DNA of 64,000 nucleotides from contig DASUQJ010000009.1 in assembly GCA_036280615.1 (NCBI GenBank), positions 1,740 through 65,739 on the forward strand, given 5' to 3'. Made by a program: the position numbers and the translations under genes. Below, one piece after another: positions 46,114 to 56,329 of the stretch. Within the stretch, counting starts at the first letter, position 1. Every line of letters begins with the position of its first letter. Below the pieces are notes generated by a model, which was not told where the DNA came from, did not search any database, and saw only the letters and a program-made list of their open reading frames with translations. The stretch is from Nitrososphaeraceae archaeon. Its GTDB lineage: Archaea; Thermoproteota; Nitrososphaeria; Nitrososphaerales; Nitrososphaeraceae.

Positions 46114-46530
46114 TTATTTTTTAACATTATTGTGAATAAATTCAATAATTACTTCGAGTGGTGTTCCTGGGCCAAAATTACCTTTTACCCCTTTTTCTTC
46201 AAGTTGCTCCTTATCCTTACCAGGTATTACTCCCCCACCAATTAAAAGAATGTCACTTACACCTCGTTCCTTCAATAAAGTTGCAACTCTAGGAAATAAA
46301 GTAAGATGAGCCCCATTCAACAGACTCATTGCAACTACATCGACATCTTCATCAATAGCAATTTTTGCGACCTGTTCTGGGGTACAGAATAACCCCGAAT
46401 AGATTACCTCCATGCCAGAATCTCTAAGCGCCCTGCATATTACTAAAGCTCCTCGATCATGACCATCCAGCCCCAGTTTAGACACAAGAACTCTTATCGG
46501 CTTTTTTTTGCCATGTATAGATGTTGACAT
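46114..46530 (-). CDS. methylmalonyl-CoA mutase, cobalamin-binding small subunit
   Basis: 138 aa; B12-binding DxHxxG (LDGHDRG). Confidence 0.92.
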   Translation of the reverse strand: MSTSIHGKKKPIRVLVSKLGLDGHDRGALVICRALRDSGMEVIYSGLFCTPEQVAKIAIDEDVDVVAMSLLNGAHLTLFPRVATLLKERGVSDILLIGGGVIPGKDKEQLEEKGVKGNFGPGTPLEVIIEFIHNNVKK

Positions 46531-46646
46531 ATATCTAAAATTTATAGAGGAGCTTTAAAATTTTTTGTCACTTTCACTTTTAAATGGCGATCTAATTGCC
46601 CACATAGAAGTAACTTTTAATACTTAATTTTCCAGCTAAATGACTC

Positions 46647-47552
46647 GTGTCTCAGTTAGTATCCGGAATCTTAAAAGGAGATAAAAGATCAATTTCCAGA
46701 GCAATATCAATTGTTGATAACAATGAACCCCAGTCAGTGAAAATAATTCACGAGATTTTCAAGAAAACAAAGAATGCAAGAACGATTGGATTTACCGGAT
46801 CAGCAGGTTCGGGCAAAAGTACACTAATAGGAAGATTGGCAGCAGAATTTCACTCACTTGGATATAAGGTGGCAGTCATAGCAGTCGATCCATCAAGTCC
46901 AATAACCGGCGGAGCATTGTTGGGAGATAGAGTACGTATGATGTCAATTAGCGACGAAATCTACGTGAGGAGCTTGGCATCAAGGGGAGCTGAAGGTGGT
47001 ATTTCAAGATCACTGAGAAATGTTGTAAGAATTTTGGACGCTGCCGGTTATAATTTAATATTAATAGAAAGTGTGGGAGCAGGACAACTCGAAATCGAAA
47101 TCTCAAAAGCTGTCAATATTACTGTAGTTATTTTTAACCCACAAACAGGTGACAGCATACAAGCAATAAAAGCTGGCTTAACAGAGATAGGCGATATCTA
47201 TGTTGTAAATAAATCAGATTTGGAAGGAGCCACGATACTATTCAATATCGTTTCAGACTTGGTAGGAAACAATAAAAAACTAGTGTTCAAGTGTTCAGCA
47301 AAGATGAATAAAGGAATTAAGGAATTAACAAAATCCTTAGTAAAATTATTGGACGATGAATCATACCAGGCAAGAGAAAAATCCATACTAGAAAATGAAT
47401 TGAAAGATATGATTTTAAATGTAATTAAAGAAAAATCTATTGAAAAGATAATGAAAAGTCATGAATACAGGAAACTTGTAACCAAAATCCTGAAAAAGGA
47501 AGTAGAACCATATAACGCAGCTTTAAATTTTGCTAATAAGATAATTGTATAG
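46647..47552 (+). CDS. meaB: methylmalonyl-CoA mutase accessory GTPase MeaB/ArgK
   Basis: 301 aa; P-loop GSAGSGKST, ESVGAGQ, NKSD. Confidence 0.92.
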   Translation: MSQLVSGILKGDKRSISRAISIVDNNEPQSVKIIHEIFKKTKNARTIGFTGSAGSGKSTLIGRLAAEFHSLGYKVAVIAVDPSSPITGGALLGDRVRMMSISDEIYVRSLASRGAEGGISRSLRNVVRILDAAGYNLILIESVGAGQLEIEISKAVNITVVIFNPQTGDSIQAIKAGLTEIGDIYVVNKSDLEGATILFNIVSDLVGNNKKLVFKCSAKMNKGIKELTKSLVKLLDDESYQAREKSILENELKDMILNVIKEKSIEKIMKSHEYRKLVTKILKKEVEPYNAALNFANKIIV

Positions 47553-47564
47553 GAGGATAGAAAA

Positions 47565-49157
47565 TTGGCAAAACAGGAGATAAAAAAATTTAAAACAGAT
47601 TCAGGTATTCCTGTAAAGAGAATTTTTTCTGCAAAAGACCTTACTAAAATCTCCAAAGATGAAGAAGCCGGCAAATATCCGTATACAAGGGGACTTTATC
47701 CAGACATGTACCGAGAAAGAATGTGGACTATGCGACAGTACAGCGGATTTGGAAGTGCAGAAGAAACTAACAATAGATTTCGATTCTTGTTAGAGCATGG
47801 ACAGACTGGGCTATCTCTGGCATTTGATCTTCCAACGCAAACTGGGAGAGATTCAGACAATCCATACTCACAGGGCGAAGTTGGAAGGACAGGAGTTGCA
47901 ATCAGTTCAATTGACAACATGATGACATGTTTCCAAAATATACCCCTAGATAAAGTTAGTACTTCCATGACGATTAATTCGACTGCGGCAACTTTATTGT
48001 CCTTATACATCGTTGTTGCAGAATCGCAGGGCGTCTCATCTAATAATCTAAGGGGTACGACGCAAAATGATATCTTGAAGGAGTATATAGCTCGCAATAC
48101 ATATATTTATCCTCCAAGAGAGTCGATGAGAATCATTGGAGATATGATTCAGTTTTGCTCCAGACATGTTCCGCAGTGGTATCCGATAAGCATCTCTGGA
48201 TATCATATGCGGGAAGCTGGTTCAAATGCTATTCAAGAGTTAGCTTTTACATTCGCCAATGCAATAGAGTACATAAATACATGTGTATCAAGAGGCCTAA
48301 AGGTTGATGAATTTGCGCCACGTTTATCGTTCTTTTTCTGCTGCACTATGGAATTGTTTGAAGAGGTTGCCAAATTTAGAGCAGCTCGTCGCATCTATGC
48401 AAAAATTATGAAAGAAAGGTTCGGAGCAAAAAGCGATAAATCTACTCATCTGCGATTTCATGTACAGACAAGTGGAGAATCCCTCACAGCACAGCAAGTG
48501 GATAACAATGTCGTGAGAGTTACACTAGAAGCATTGTCTGCGGTATTGGGAGGATGTCAATCTTTACACACAAACTCTAGAGACGAGGCATTGGCACTTC
48601 CAACTGAAGAATCAGTTAAGGTAGCCCTAAGAACTCAACAAATCATAGCAAATGAGACAGGTGTAACAAAGACTGTTGATCCTCTCTCAGGGTCTTATTA
48701 TCTTGAATATCTGACATCTGAAATAGAAGAAGGAGTAGATAAATATCTCAAAAATATAGAAAAGATTGGAGGATCTCTAGCAGCAATCGAAACTGGTTTC
48801 TTTCAAGAAGAAATAAGACGAAATGCCTACCAATTGAAAAAAGAAATTGACTATAATGATCGCATTATTGTAGGAGTAAACAAATTTCAAGATCAAAATG
48901 ATGTAGAACCAAAATTAAATACAATAGACCCTGAAATAGAGATACGTCAGGTGAAAAAATTGAAAGAATTTAAGAAAAGCAGAGATCAAACCAAAGTAAA
49001 CTCTGAATTAAGCAAGTTGCAAAGATTTGCTGAAAAAGAAGATGAGAACCTTATGCCACATATTATTTCTGCCGTAAAAGCACACGTAACACTCGGAGAG
49101 ATAAGCGATGTTTTTGTCGATATATTTGGACGTTATGAACCTAAATTCTCTTTTTGA
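47565..49157 (+). CDS. methylmalonyl-CoA mutase, catalytic large subunit
   Basis: 530 aa; MWTMRQYSGFG, TGLSLAFDLPTQ. Confidence 0.95.
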   Translation: MAKQEIKKFKTDSGIPVKRIFSAKDLTKISKDEEAGKYPYTRGLYPDMYRERMWTMRQYSGFGSAEETNNRFRFLLEHGQTGLSLAFDLPTQTGRDSDNPYSQGEVGRTGVAISSIDNMMTCFQNIPLDKVSTSMTINSTAATLLSLYIVVAESQGVSSNNLRGTTQNDILKEYIARNTYIYPPRESMRIIGDMIQFCSRHVPQWYPISISGYHMREAGSNAIQELAFTFANAIEYINTCVSRGLKVDEFAPRLSFFFCCTMELFEEVAKFRAARRIYAKIMKERFGAKSDKSTHLRFHVQTSGESLTAQQVDNNVVRVTLEALSAVLGGCQSLHTNSRDEALALPTEESVKVALRTQQIIANETGVTKTVDPLSGSYYLEYLTSEIEEGVDKYLKNIEKIGGSLAAIETGFFQEEIRRNAYQLKKEIDYNDRIIVGVNKFQDQNDVEPKLNTIDPEIEIRQVKKLKEFKKSRDQTKVNSELSKLQRFAEKEDENLMPHIISAVKAHVTLGEISDVFVDIFGRYEPKFSF

Positions 49158-49169
49158 TGGTGCTTTGAA

Positions 49170-49577
49170 ATGAGAGTTGATCATGTAGCTATAGCGGTAC
49201 ATAGTATAAGTGAAGCGCTAAAGAACTATGAAAAGATTCTAAAAATTGATAAAATTGACATCGAGGAGGTTCCTACGGAAAGAGTCAAGGTTGCAATTTT
49301 GAAGTTGGAAGACACGCGAATAGAACTGATGGAACCAACGGCTGACGACAGTCCTATTAAAAAATTCTTGACAGATCGTGGTGAAGGGATACATCATGTA
49401 GCAATCACTGCAGATGATATTGACAATGATGTCGAGAAGGCAATTGCGAATGGGACAAGGATGATTGGCAACATTCGAACTGGTTCTTATGGGCGAAAAA
49501 TAACTTTCATCCATCCAAAATCTATGAATGGTGTTTTGACAGAATTCTGTCAAGCTCCACCTAGTAGCAAAGAATAG
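49170..49577 (+). CDS. methylmalonyl-CoA epimerase (VOC family)
   Basis: 135 aa; VDHVAIAV.., GIHHVAI, and context immediately after mcm. Confidence 0.88.
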   Translation: MRVDHVAIAVHSISEALKNYEKILKIDKIDIEEVPTERVKVAILKLEDTRIELMEPTADDSPIKKFLTDRGEGIHHVAITADDIDNDVEKAIANGTRMIGNIRTGSYGRKITFIHPKSMNGVLTEFCQAPPSSKE

Positions 49578-49677
49578 GAACATTAATTATTCCATTTTTA
49601 CCTCAATCATAATTCACAATAAATCTACTTGTACCAATCGTAATTCAGACTAGAATTCAGATTGGCACGTTTGAATA

Positions 49678-50715
49678 TCACGAAACTAGTTTGGATATAA
49701 ACATCCCAGTAAATTCGTCAGTATGCATGTTACCTCCTATATCAATTGTTTTTAGGTTTTGTTCAAGGAGACTTATCAGCGTTTTTTCTATTTTTATCCC
49801 CAACTCGATAAGTCGTTTTTCTTCATTATTCTCGTTCTTACTGGCCAACCACTCAAGCATCATCTTTATGGACAGGAACATCGATGAAGGATTTGCAATG
49901 TTTTTGTTTGCTATATCGAATGCAGCTCCGTGAACAGGTTCAAATATGGCGAATTTTTTTCCAATGTTTCCAGCAGGTGCTAATCCCAGGCCTCCAACAA
50001 CTTGGGCAGCCTCGTCTGAGAGGATATCTCCAAACAGATTGGTTGTCAAGAGCACATCATATTTCTCAGGATTTCTAATCAAATTCATCGCACATGCATC
50101 TACATATGATTCACTAAACTCGACGTCGGGGAATTTCTTTGCGACTTCCTTACTAATTTTAGAAAACATGGTATCTCCAACTCTCATAACATTTGATTTG
50201 TGAACACAAACTACGCTTTTTTTAGCGTCTCTTCTCAAGGCCTCTTCAAAGGCATACTGTGCAATTTTTCTTGACGCCTCTGCGGTTGTTAATCTTAAGC
50301 CTATGACTGCTTCATCTCCAATCTGAAATTCCCACCCCAGATAGAGATCTTCAGTGTTTTCTCTGACAACCACTAAGTCCACCGATGGATGTAGAGATTT
50401 TACATTTGGATATGATTTTGCCGGTCTAATATTGGCATATAGATCGAAATATCGCCTTAGTACTAATATTACTTCTGCCGCATGTTCTCCTACAGGTGCC
50501 TTGAGACAAACATCTGATTTTTTTATGCTCTCAAATGAAAAATCCGGGAGTGCCATATTGTACTTTACCAATGCATTATCTCCTGCCTCTACATTAACTA
50601 TATCAAACTTTATGCCGGAGTATTCACTGATACTGTCAAGTAACATTTGACCTGAGTTAGCTAGATCAGGACCAATTCCGTCGCCATTAACTAATGAAAT
50701 ACTATATTTCGTCAA
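49678..50715 (-). CDS. leuB: 3-isopropylmalate dehydrogenase (isocitrate/isopropylmalate dehydrogenase family)
   Basis: 345 aa; VVVRENTEDLY, NLFGDILSD; follows leuA. Confidence 0.85.
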   Translation of the reverse strand: MTKYSISLVNGDGIGPDLANSGQMLLDSISEYSGIKFDIVNVEAGDNALVKYNMALPDFSFESIKKSDVCLKAPVGEHAAEVILVLRRYFDLYANIRPAKSYPNVKSLHPSVDLVVVRENTEDLYLGWEFQIGDEAVIGLRLTTAEASRKIAQYAFEEALRRDAKKSVVCVHKSNVMRVGDTMFSKISKEVAKKFPDVEFSESYVDACAMNLIRNPEKYDVLLTTNLFGDILSDEAAQVVGGLGLAPAGNIGKKFAIFEPVHGAAFDIANKNIANPSSMFLSIKMMLEWLASKNENNEEKRLIELGIKIEKTLISLLEQNLKTIDIGGNMHTDEFTGMFISKLVS

Positions 50716-50742
50716 TACTCATGACCTTGAACTAAACAGATT

Positions 50743-52251
50743 TTAATTTTTTGAATACAGTACTTTTCTCAACATGAGTTTGTTTACTGCGTCTATCATT
50801 GCTTCTACCGATGCAACCACTACGTCTTCGCCTGATTTTCTGGAAGATACAACGTTACCATCTAGATCCTCCGCCTTTATAGTAACTTCAGCCATTGCGT
50901 CTGATCCCCCTGTTATAGATCCAAGTCGATATTCTCTTATTCGAATATTTGCCATATCTACTGCAATTTTTTGTATAGCTTTAAGTGCCGCATCTACAGG
51001 ACCAACGCCGGTTTCTGATGCGACCAAGTCTTTCCCGTGGGTATTCAATCTTATAACAGCCGTCGGAATGATATTCATGCCAGTAACAATATGAAAATCG
51101 TAAAGTTTGAATTTCTCCTCGAATTTAGAATTGCCCATTACTTCGCTTGCAATTGACAAAAGTTGTGAAGTAGTAATAGACTTGCCTTTATCAGCGACGC
51201 CCTTCTGCTTTTCAATTATTTTATGTAATTGTTCCTCTGTAGGTTCGATTCCAAAATCAGCCAAAATTGCACGAATTCCATGAGTTCCTGCATGCTTTCC
51301 TGCCTGAAGCCATCTTTTTCTACCAACCAATTCGGGACTTATTGGTTCGTATGTAAGTGGATTATTTATGATTCCATGAGTATGAATTCCAGATTCGTGA
51401 CCAAAAGCGTTTTCTCCGATAATAGCTTTGTTTGGTTGAACTATAACACCCATTGTATTTGAAACAAACTTTGAAATTTCATACAGTAAATTTACTTTTA
51501 TACTATGTCTTTTAGAATACAGACATTGCAAAGCCATAACAAATTCTTCCAATGAAGCATTTCCTGCTCTTTCACCAATTCCGTTAATGGTAACATGTGC
51601 ACAAGAAGCACCTGCATTTATTGCCGCTATAGAATTTGCGACAGCAAGACCAAAATCATTATGACAATGTACACTAATTGGAGTGTTCATTTTTGATATT
51701 ATTTCCTGAACAAGTGAAGTAAAATACTCTGGTGTCGAATATCCAACGGTATCTGGAATATCTATTCTATCTGCCCCCGAATCACTTACTGCCTTAAAGA
51801 CATCAATAAGAAATTTTCTATCAGATCTTGTTGCGTCTTCCGCGGAAAATTCGACTTTTAATCCATGCATCTTTGCATATTCTATGGCCCAGAGCGCTTT
51901 TTCCAAAACCTGCTCCCGCGACATTTTTAATTTGTACCGCATATGAATATCAGAAGTGGCAATAAATGTATGAACATAATCTACACCGCAATCAATAGCT
52001 GAATCTATGTCTGATTGAACAGTTCTAGCCAAGGCACAGACTTCTGTGTCCAGTTTCTGTCTTACAATACTCTTTATTCCTTCCCTTTCACCGTCAGATA
52101 CCACTGGGAATCCAGCTTCTATTGTGTCTACACCCAGTTCAGACAGTTTTATTGCAATGTTGAGTTTTTGTTCTGGTGTTATAGTAACACATGGTGTCTG
52201 CTCACCATCTCTTAATGTTGTATCAAATATCCTTACCTTTTGAGATTCCAT
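50743..52251 (-). CDS. leuA: 2-isopropylmalate synthase (or (R)-citramalate synthase)
   Basis: 502 aa; IFDTTLRDGEQ, HCHNDFGLAVAN, C-terminal LeuA-dimer domain. Confidence 0.88.
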   Translation of the reverse strand: MESQKVRIFDTTLRDGEQTPCVTITPEQKLNIAIKLSELGVDTIEAGFPVVSDGEREGIKSIVRQKLDTEVCALARTVQSDIDSAIDCGVDYVHTFIATSDIHMRYKLKMSREQVLEKALWAIEYAKMHGLKVEFSAEDATRSDRKFLIDVFKAVSDSGADRIDIPDTVGYSTPEYFTSLVQEIISKMNTPISVHCHNDFGLAVANSIAAINAGASCAHVTINGIGERAGNASLEEFVMALQCLYSKRHSIKVNLLYEISKFVSNTMGVIVQPNKAIIGENAFGHESGIHTHGIINNPLTYEPISPELVGRKRWLQAGKHAGTHGIRAILADFGIEPTEEQLHKIIEKQKGVADKGKSITTSQLLSIASEVMGNSKFEEKFKLYDFHIVTGMNIIPTAVIRLNTHGKDLVASETGVGPVDAALKAIQKIAVDMANIRIREYRLGSITGGSDAMAEVTIKAEDLDGNVVSSRKSGEDVVVASVEAMIDAVNKLMLRKVLYSKN

Positions 52252-52254
52252 GAA

Positions 52255-52761
52255 TTACTCTCCTCTCTGAAGAGCGGATACACCCGTCCTAGCCATTTCT
52301 ACTATATCATATTGTATGATTAGATTCTTAAATGCATCTATTTTATCTGGAGTTCCAATTACTTCCACGGTCACAGACTCCTTTCCTATATCCAAGATAT
52401 TTGCTCTAAACACGTTGGCAAAATTAATGATTTCATTCCTATTTGTAAAGTCTTTGGCTCTTATCTTTATCAAGGCTAACTCTCTATAGACAGTATTATT
52501 GATGTCAAGGACCTCTACTTCAACAATATCAATAAGTTTTCTCAATTGTTTAACCAGTTGATCAAGAATAGGTTCGTCTATCCTTGTTGTTATTGTCATT
52601 CTTGACAAGTCCGGTTTTTCGGTAATCCCTACTGTAATACTCTCTATATTGAAATTTCTTGCACGAAACAGATTGGTAATGCGAAATAACACACCTGGTT
52701 TGTTTTCAACGAGGGATGAAATGATATACAGTGGTTTAGTTTTCAATTCTTTGGAGCTCAT
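52255..52761 (-). CDS. ilvN: acetolactate synthase small (regulatory) subunit
   Basis: 168 aa; ACT domain ENKPGVLFRITNLFRARNFNIESI. Confidence 0.9.
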   Translation of the reverse strand: MSSKELKTKPLYIISSLVENKPGVLFRITNLFRARNFNIESITVGITEKPDLSRMTITTRIDEPILDQLVKQLRKLIDIVEVEVLDINNTVYRELALIKIRAKDFTNRNEIINFANVFRANILDIGKESVTVEVIGTPDKIDAFKNLIIQYDIVEMARTGVSALQRGE

Positions 52762-52764
52762 GTG

Positions 52765-54453
52765 CTATGCACCTGTTATCATATCCTTAAGTCCGGTACC
52801 GGGAGCAACAAAGGGATAAACGTCTTCTTCCGGATCGATCCTAATGTCAATTACAGTTGCAACCTCTGTTTTAAGTGCACTTTTTATTGCTTTTTCTAGC
52901 TCGTCCATTGATTGGACGCTAAAGCCGCTTGCTCCATATGCTTCTGCAATCTTGACATAATCAGGACAACTTTTTTGATGTACCCCCATATATCGTCTAT
53001 CATAAAAAGTTCTCTGCCACTGTGCAACCATACCTAACATATCATTGTTCAACAAGAATACTATTACCGGTAAATTCTCTAATACAGAAACTGCCAATGA
53101 ATTTTCAGTCATGTTAAATGAACCGTCACCAGCAACGTCTACAACGTGGACATCTGGTCTAGCGGCCTTTGCACCTATTGATGCGGGAAATCCAAATCCC
53201 ATTGTTCCCAATCCAGTGGAGCTAAAGAAGGTCCCAGGGGAGATAACATCAAAGTGCAATGAAGTCCACATTTGACACTGTCCCACTTCCGTTGTTACTA
53301 TCGATTCAGCAGGCAGCAGCTCTCTCAATTTTTTCAGCGCTTTTCTGGCAGTCACCTCTCTAGGGTAATCCTTGATATTTTGCGAAAAATAATCTATTAG
53401 CTCTCTTCTTCTTTTAAGCCAAGGATTCTCGGAGTTTTTCTTGACAGCCACTTTTGATAACATTTTAGCCATAGTTCTAAGTGCTGACTTTACATCACCG
53501 ACTATGGCAATGTCTACTGATTTGTTTTTCCCTATTTCAGCTGGGTCAATATCAAGATGTATGATATTCATTCCTTTACCAAATTCATCAAACCTTCCTA
53601 CAGAACGATCTGAAAATCTAGCGCCTACAGCAAGTATGCAATCTGCTTCAAGTATGATTCTGTTTGCTTCTGCGTGTCCATGCATCCCTATTGGGCCCAT
53701 TGCCAGAGGGTGGTTTTCAGGAAAAGCTCCCTTTCCCTTAAAAGTAGTAACAACAGGTGCCATAATTAATTCAGCTACTGCCTGAAGTTCTGAGAAAGCT
53801 CCGGACAGAATAACTCCACCGCCTGCCATGATAATTGGCTGCTGCGCAGAAACTAAGAGTTCAACTGCTTTTCCAACATTAGATAGGTCAGGATCAACTA
53901 TTGGTTTGTATCCCCTCACCTTAATGAGATCTGGAAATGGTATTTCAGTAACATCTTGTTGTACATCTTTTGGAATGTCAATTAGAACTGGTCCTGGTCT
54001 ACCACTTTCTGCTATATAGAATGACTTTTTTACAACTTCCGGGATTTCAGTTGCATATCTGGGCTGAAAAGCATATTTTGTACATGGATTAGCTACACCA
54101 ATAATATCTGTTTCTTGAAATGCATCTTTTCCAATCATATTTAATGGTACTTGACCAGTTATCGCAATTAGAGGAGAAGAATCTGCATAAGCTGTGGCTA
54201 TACCGGTAATTAAGTTTGTTGCACCTGGCCCCGATGTTGCTAGACACACTCCAGCTTTCCTTTTTATTCTAGCATAGCCATCTGCCATATGAGCAGCAGA
54301 CTGTTCATGTCTAACCAAAACGTGCCTAAATTTAGCGTCAACCAATGCATCATAAATTGGTAAATTTGCACCACCTGGAAGTCCAAAAACTATGTCAACA
54401 CCCTCTTTCTCCAGGGAATTCATAAGTGCTTTGGCACCACTCATTTCAGACAT
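52765..54453 (-). CDS. ilvB: acetolactate synthase large subunit (ThDP-dependent)
   Basis: 562 aa; GDGSF..NN ThDP motif, full-length AHAS-like. Confidence 0.95.
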   Translation of the reverse strand: MSEMSGAKALMNSLEKEGVDIVFGLPGGANLPIYDALVDAKFRHVLVRHEQSAAHMADGYARIKRKAGVCLATSGPGATNLITGIATAYADSSPLIAITGQVPLNMIGKDAFQETDIIGVANPCTKYAFQPRYATEIPEVVKKSFYIAESGRPGPVLIDIPKDVQQDVTEIPFPDLIKVRGYKPIVDPDLSNVGKAVELLVSAQQPIIMAGGGVILSGAFSELQAVAELIMAPVVTTFKGKGAFPENHPLAMGPIGMHGHAEANRIILEADCILAVGARFSDRSVGRFDEFGKGMNIIHLDIDPAEIGKNKSVDIAIVGDVKSALRTMAKMLSKVAVKKNSENPWLKRRRELIDYFSQNIKDYPREVTARKALKKLRELLPAESIVTTEVGQCQMWTSLHFDVISPGTFFSSTGLGTMGFGFPASIGAKAARPDVHVVDVAGDGSFNMTENSLAVSVLENLPVIVFLLNNDMLGMVAQWQRTFYDRRYMGVHQKSCPDYVKIAEAYGASGFSVQSMDELEKAIKSALKTEVATVIDIRIDPEEDVYPFVAPGTGLKDMITGA

Positions 54454-54476
54454 TGTACGAATATCATTGATACTTC

Positions 54477-54485
54477 ATATATATA
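54477..54485 (-). promoter_or_regulatory. candidate TATA box of the ilvB-ilvN-leuA-leuB operon
   Basis: TATATATAT lies 24-32 nt upstream of the ilvB ATG (54453); this would imply a very short leader. Confidence 0.3.
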
Positions 54486-54627
54486 CTCGTTGTCAATTCA
54501 TCTAGAGATAGCGGATGAGTTATCGGTTGGGCTTTCCGAATAACGAACGAAGATATTTATCACCATATTCTGAAATACAGATTTCTTGTAAAGATTAAAG
54601 TACACATTAATAGTTCATTTTAACCAC

Positions 54628-55326
54628 ATGAGTTCAGGTAACAAATTTTTTAATGATAGCAAGTACGTCGCACTTTCTCAGGATTTTTTTAAGAAATACA
54701 TTTCTAAAGGAAGTACTGTAGGATTAGGGAGCGGAAGCACAGTAGAGAAAATTGTCCGAAATTTTGGACTACTGGAATATAAAGATACTTTGGAATTTGT
54801 GGTTACATCTCTTCAAATAAGAATCGTTTCTGAATCCATAGGGTTAAAGATAATTGATCAAAAAAATGGAAATATTGATGTTATCTTGGATGGAGCTGAT
54901 CAGATAGATTCAGGCTTCAACATGATAAAGGGTGGCGGTGGAGCTCTGCTGAAGGAGAAGATATTGATTTCATCGGCAAAAAAATTTGTAGTTTTTGCTC
55001 AGGCTAACAAGTTTGTAGACAAATTTAGCATGCCGATTCCTATAGAAGTTACTCCGTTTGGAAGAATCTTTGTGATGAGGGAGCTAGAGAAAATCGGAGG
55101 TTTACCAAGGATGCGTATGTTAGATAAAGGCTATCCATTCGTAACTGAGAATGGCAATATAATTTATGATACTTTATTACCAAAATATGATAACATCAAG
55201 GAGACTGAAAGGGACCTGAAAAATATTCCGGGTGTTATTGAAGTAGGACTATTTACGAATCATGCTGATTCTTATTATAAGATACACAGCGAAAAGGATT
55301 TTGAATTAATAAGACCTAGACAGTAG
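54628..55326 (+). CDS. rpiA: ribose-5-phosphate isomerase A
   Basis: 232 aa; GLGSGST, DGADQ, KGGGGAL. Confidence 0.92.
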   Translation: MSSGNKFFNDSKYVALSQDFFKKYISKGSTVGLGSGSTVEKIVRNFGLLEYKDTLEFVVTSLQIRIVSESIGLKIIDQKNGNIDVILDGADQIDSGFNMIKGGGGALLKEKILISSAKKFVVFAQANKFVDKFSMPIPIEVTPFGRIFVMRELEKIGGLPRMRMLDKGYPFVTENGNIIYDTLLPKYDNIKETERDLKNIPGVIEVGLFTNHADSYYKIHSEKDFELIRPRQ

Positions 55327-55407
55327 TAGAGTATCAACTGAATGATCATTAAATTGTGCTTCTAGTGTATATCACTAATCTGAACAATACGACTAATTTT
55401 CACCGAG

Positions 55408-55593
55408 TCAAACAAATTTTTCATATCTTCTTTCAGCAGATATCGCAAAGTCAAAAGGATTTAAAGAAATTCCGCAAATCTTGCACGTACTGTTTATCGG
55501 CTTTAACATATCACGGACGGATTTCAGGTTTGAAATTCTATAATTTAAGCTCCCACATTTGTTGCAAACCAATTCAATATTGTAATACGACAA
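55408..55593 (-). CDS. small zinc-ribbon protein
   Basis: 61 aa; CNKCG ... CKICG. Confidence 0.5.
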   Translation of the reverse strand: MSYYNIELVCNKCGSLNYRISNLKSVRDMLKPINSTCKICGISLNPFDFAISAERRYEKFV

Positions 55594-55686
55594 TATGAAA
55601 TTACATACAGAACCAAATATCTAATGTTAGGTTAATTAGTTATGACTAGAGAAACTAATTCATGTAACAATTTTAGCTGCAATATG

Positions 55687-55833
55687 CTACTTTTTTGAAT
55701 ATTTTCCAGGCTTTCTTGAAAAGATGCTCTTGCAACCCTCACAGCAAAAATAGTATTTCCTGCCATTATACTCATGAATAGTCGCTAGATCCTCATCCAT
55801 TTCTATTCCACATACAGGATCAACCGGCATCAT
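55687..55833 (-). CDS. 48-aa YHS/TRASH-type metal-binding domain protein
   Basis: Not in the ORF track. Own codon-by-codon translation: MMPVDPVCGIEMDEDLATIHEYNGRKYYFCCEGCKSIFSRKPGKYSKK; DPVCG...Y.G..YYFC..C...F pattern of YHS domains. Confidence 0.6.
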   Translation of the reverse strand: MMPVDPVCGIEMDEDLATIHEYNGRKYYFCCEGCKSIFSRKPGKYSKK

Positions 55834-56024
55834 GTTCTAGTATATTGTGTTTCTATTTATACTGTGTTTCGTAAAAACATCCCGGGCGTTTGAGTTCAAA
55901 AAAATAAACTCTAAAGACAAGTTTATGAATTCTTACTTAATAGAGTCTGTCAGGTATGTTTTTGTAATAATTTTAAGATATCTATTCAGAAAGGCATAAA
56001 TAATTTATTAACATAAAATTTTCG

Positions 56025-56270
56025 TTGATAGGTGAGACACAGCTCCGGGCAAGGAGAACAAGAATTAAAATTTTGCAAGCGATTCTAGATAGCAACGGGG
56101 CAGCGGGGTTTTCTGAAATAAAATATGCCACAGACTTGTCCACAGGTTCCATATACTATCATCTTGGAAGAATGGTTCGATATGTCATAAAAAAATCGAA
56201 GCAGTACCATATTACAAATGAGGGTATAGAGTTATTACGTGAGCACAATGCAGCGAGTACAATGAAATAG
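56025..56270 (+). CDS. small winged-helix (ArsR-like) transcriptional regulator
   Basis: 81 aa; RIKILQAILDSNG..FSEIKYATDLSTGSIYYHLGRM. Confidence 0.7.
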   Translation: MIGETQLRARRTRIKILQAILDSNGAAGFSEIKYATDLSTGSIYYHLGRMVRYVIKKSKQYHITNEGIELLREHNAASTMK

Positions 56271-56329
56271 ACATTTACTATAGTCCAGCCAAATTTTTAT
56301 GCGTAATACGCGGATTTTTTTGTCCTATC

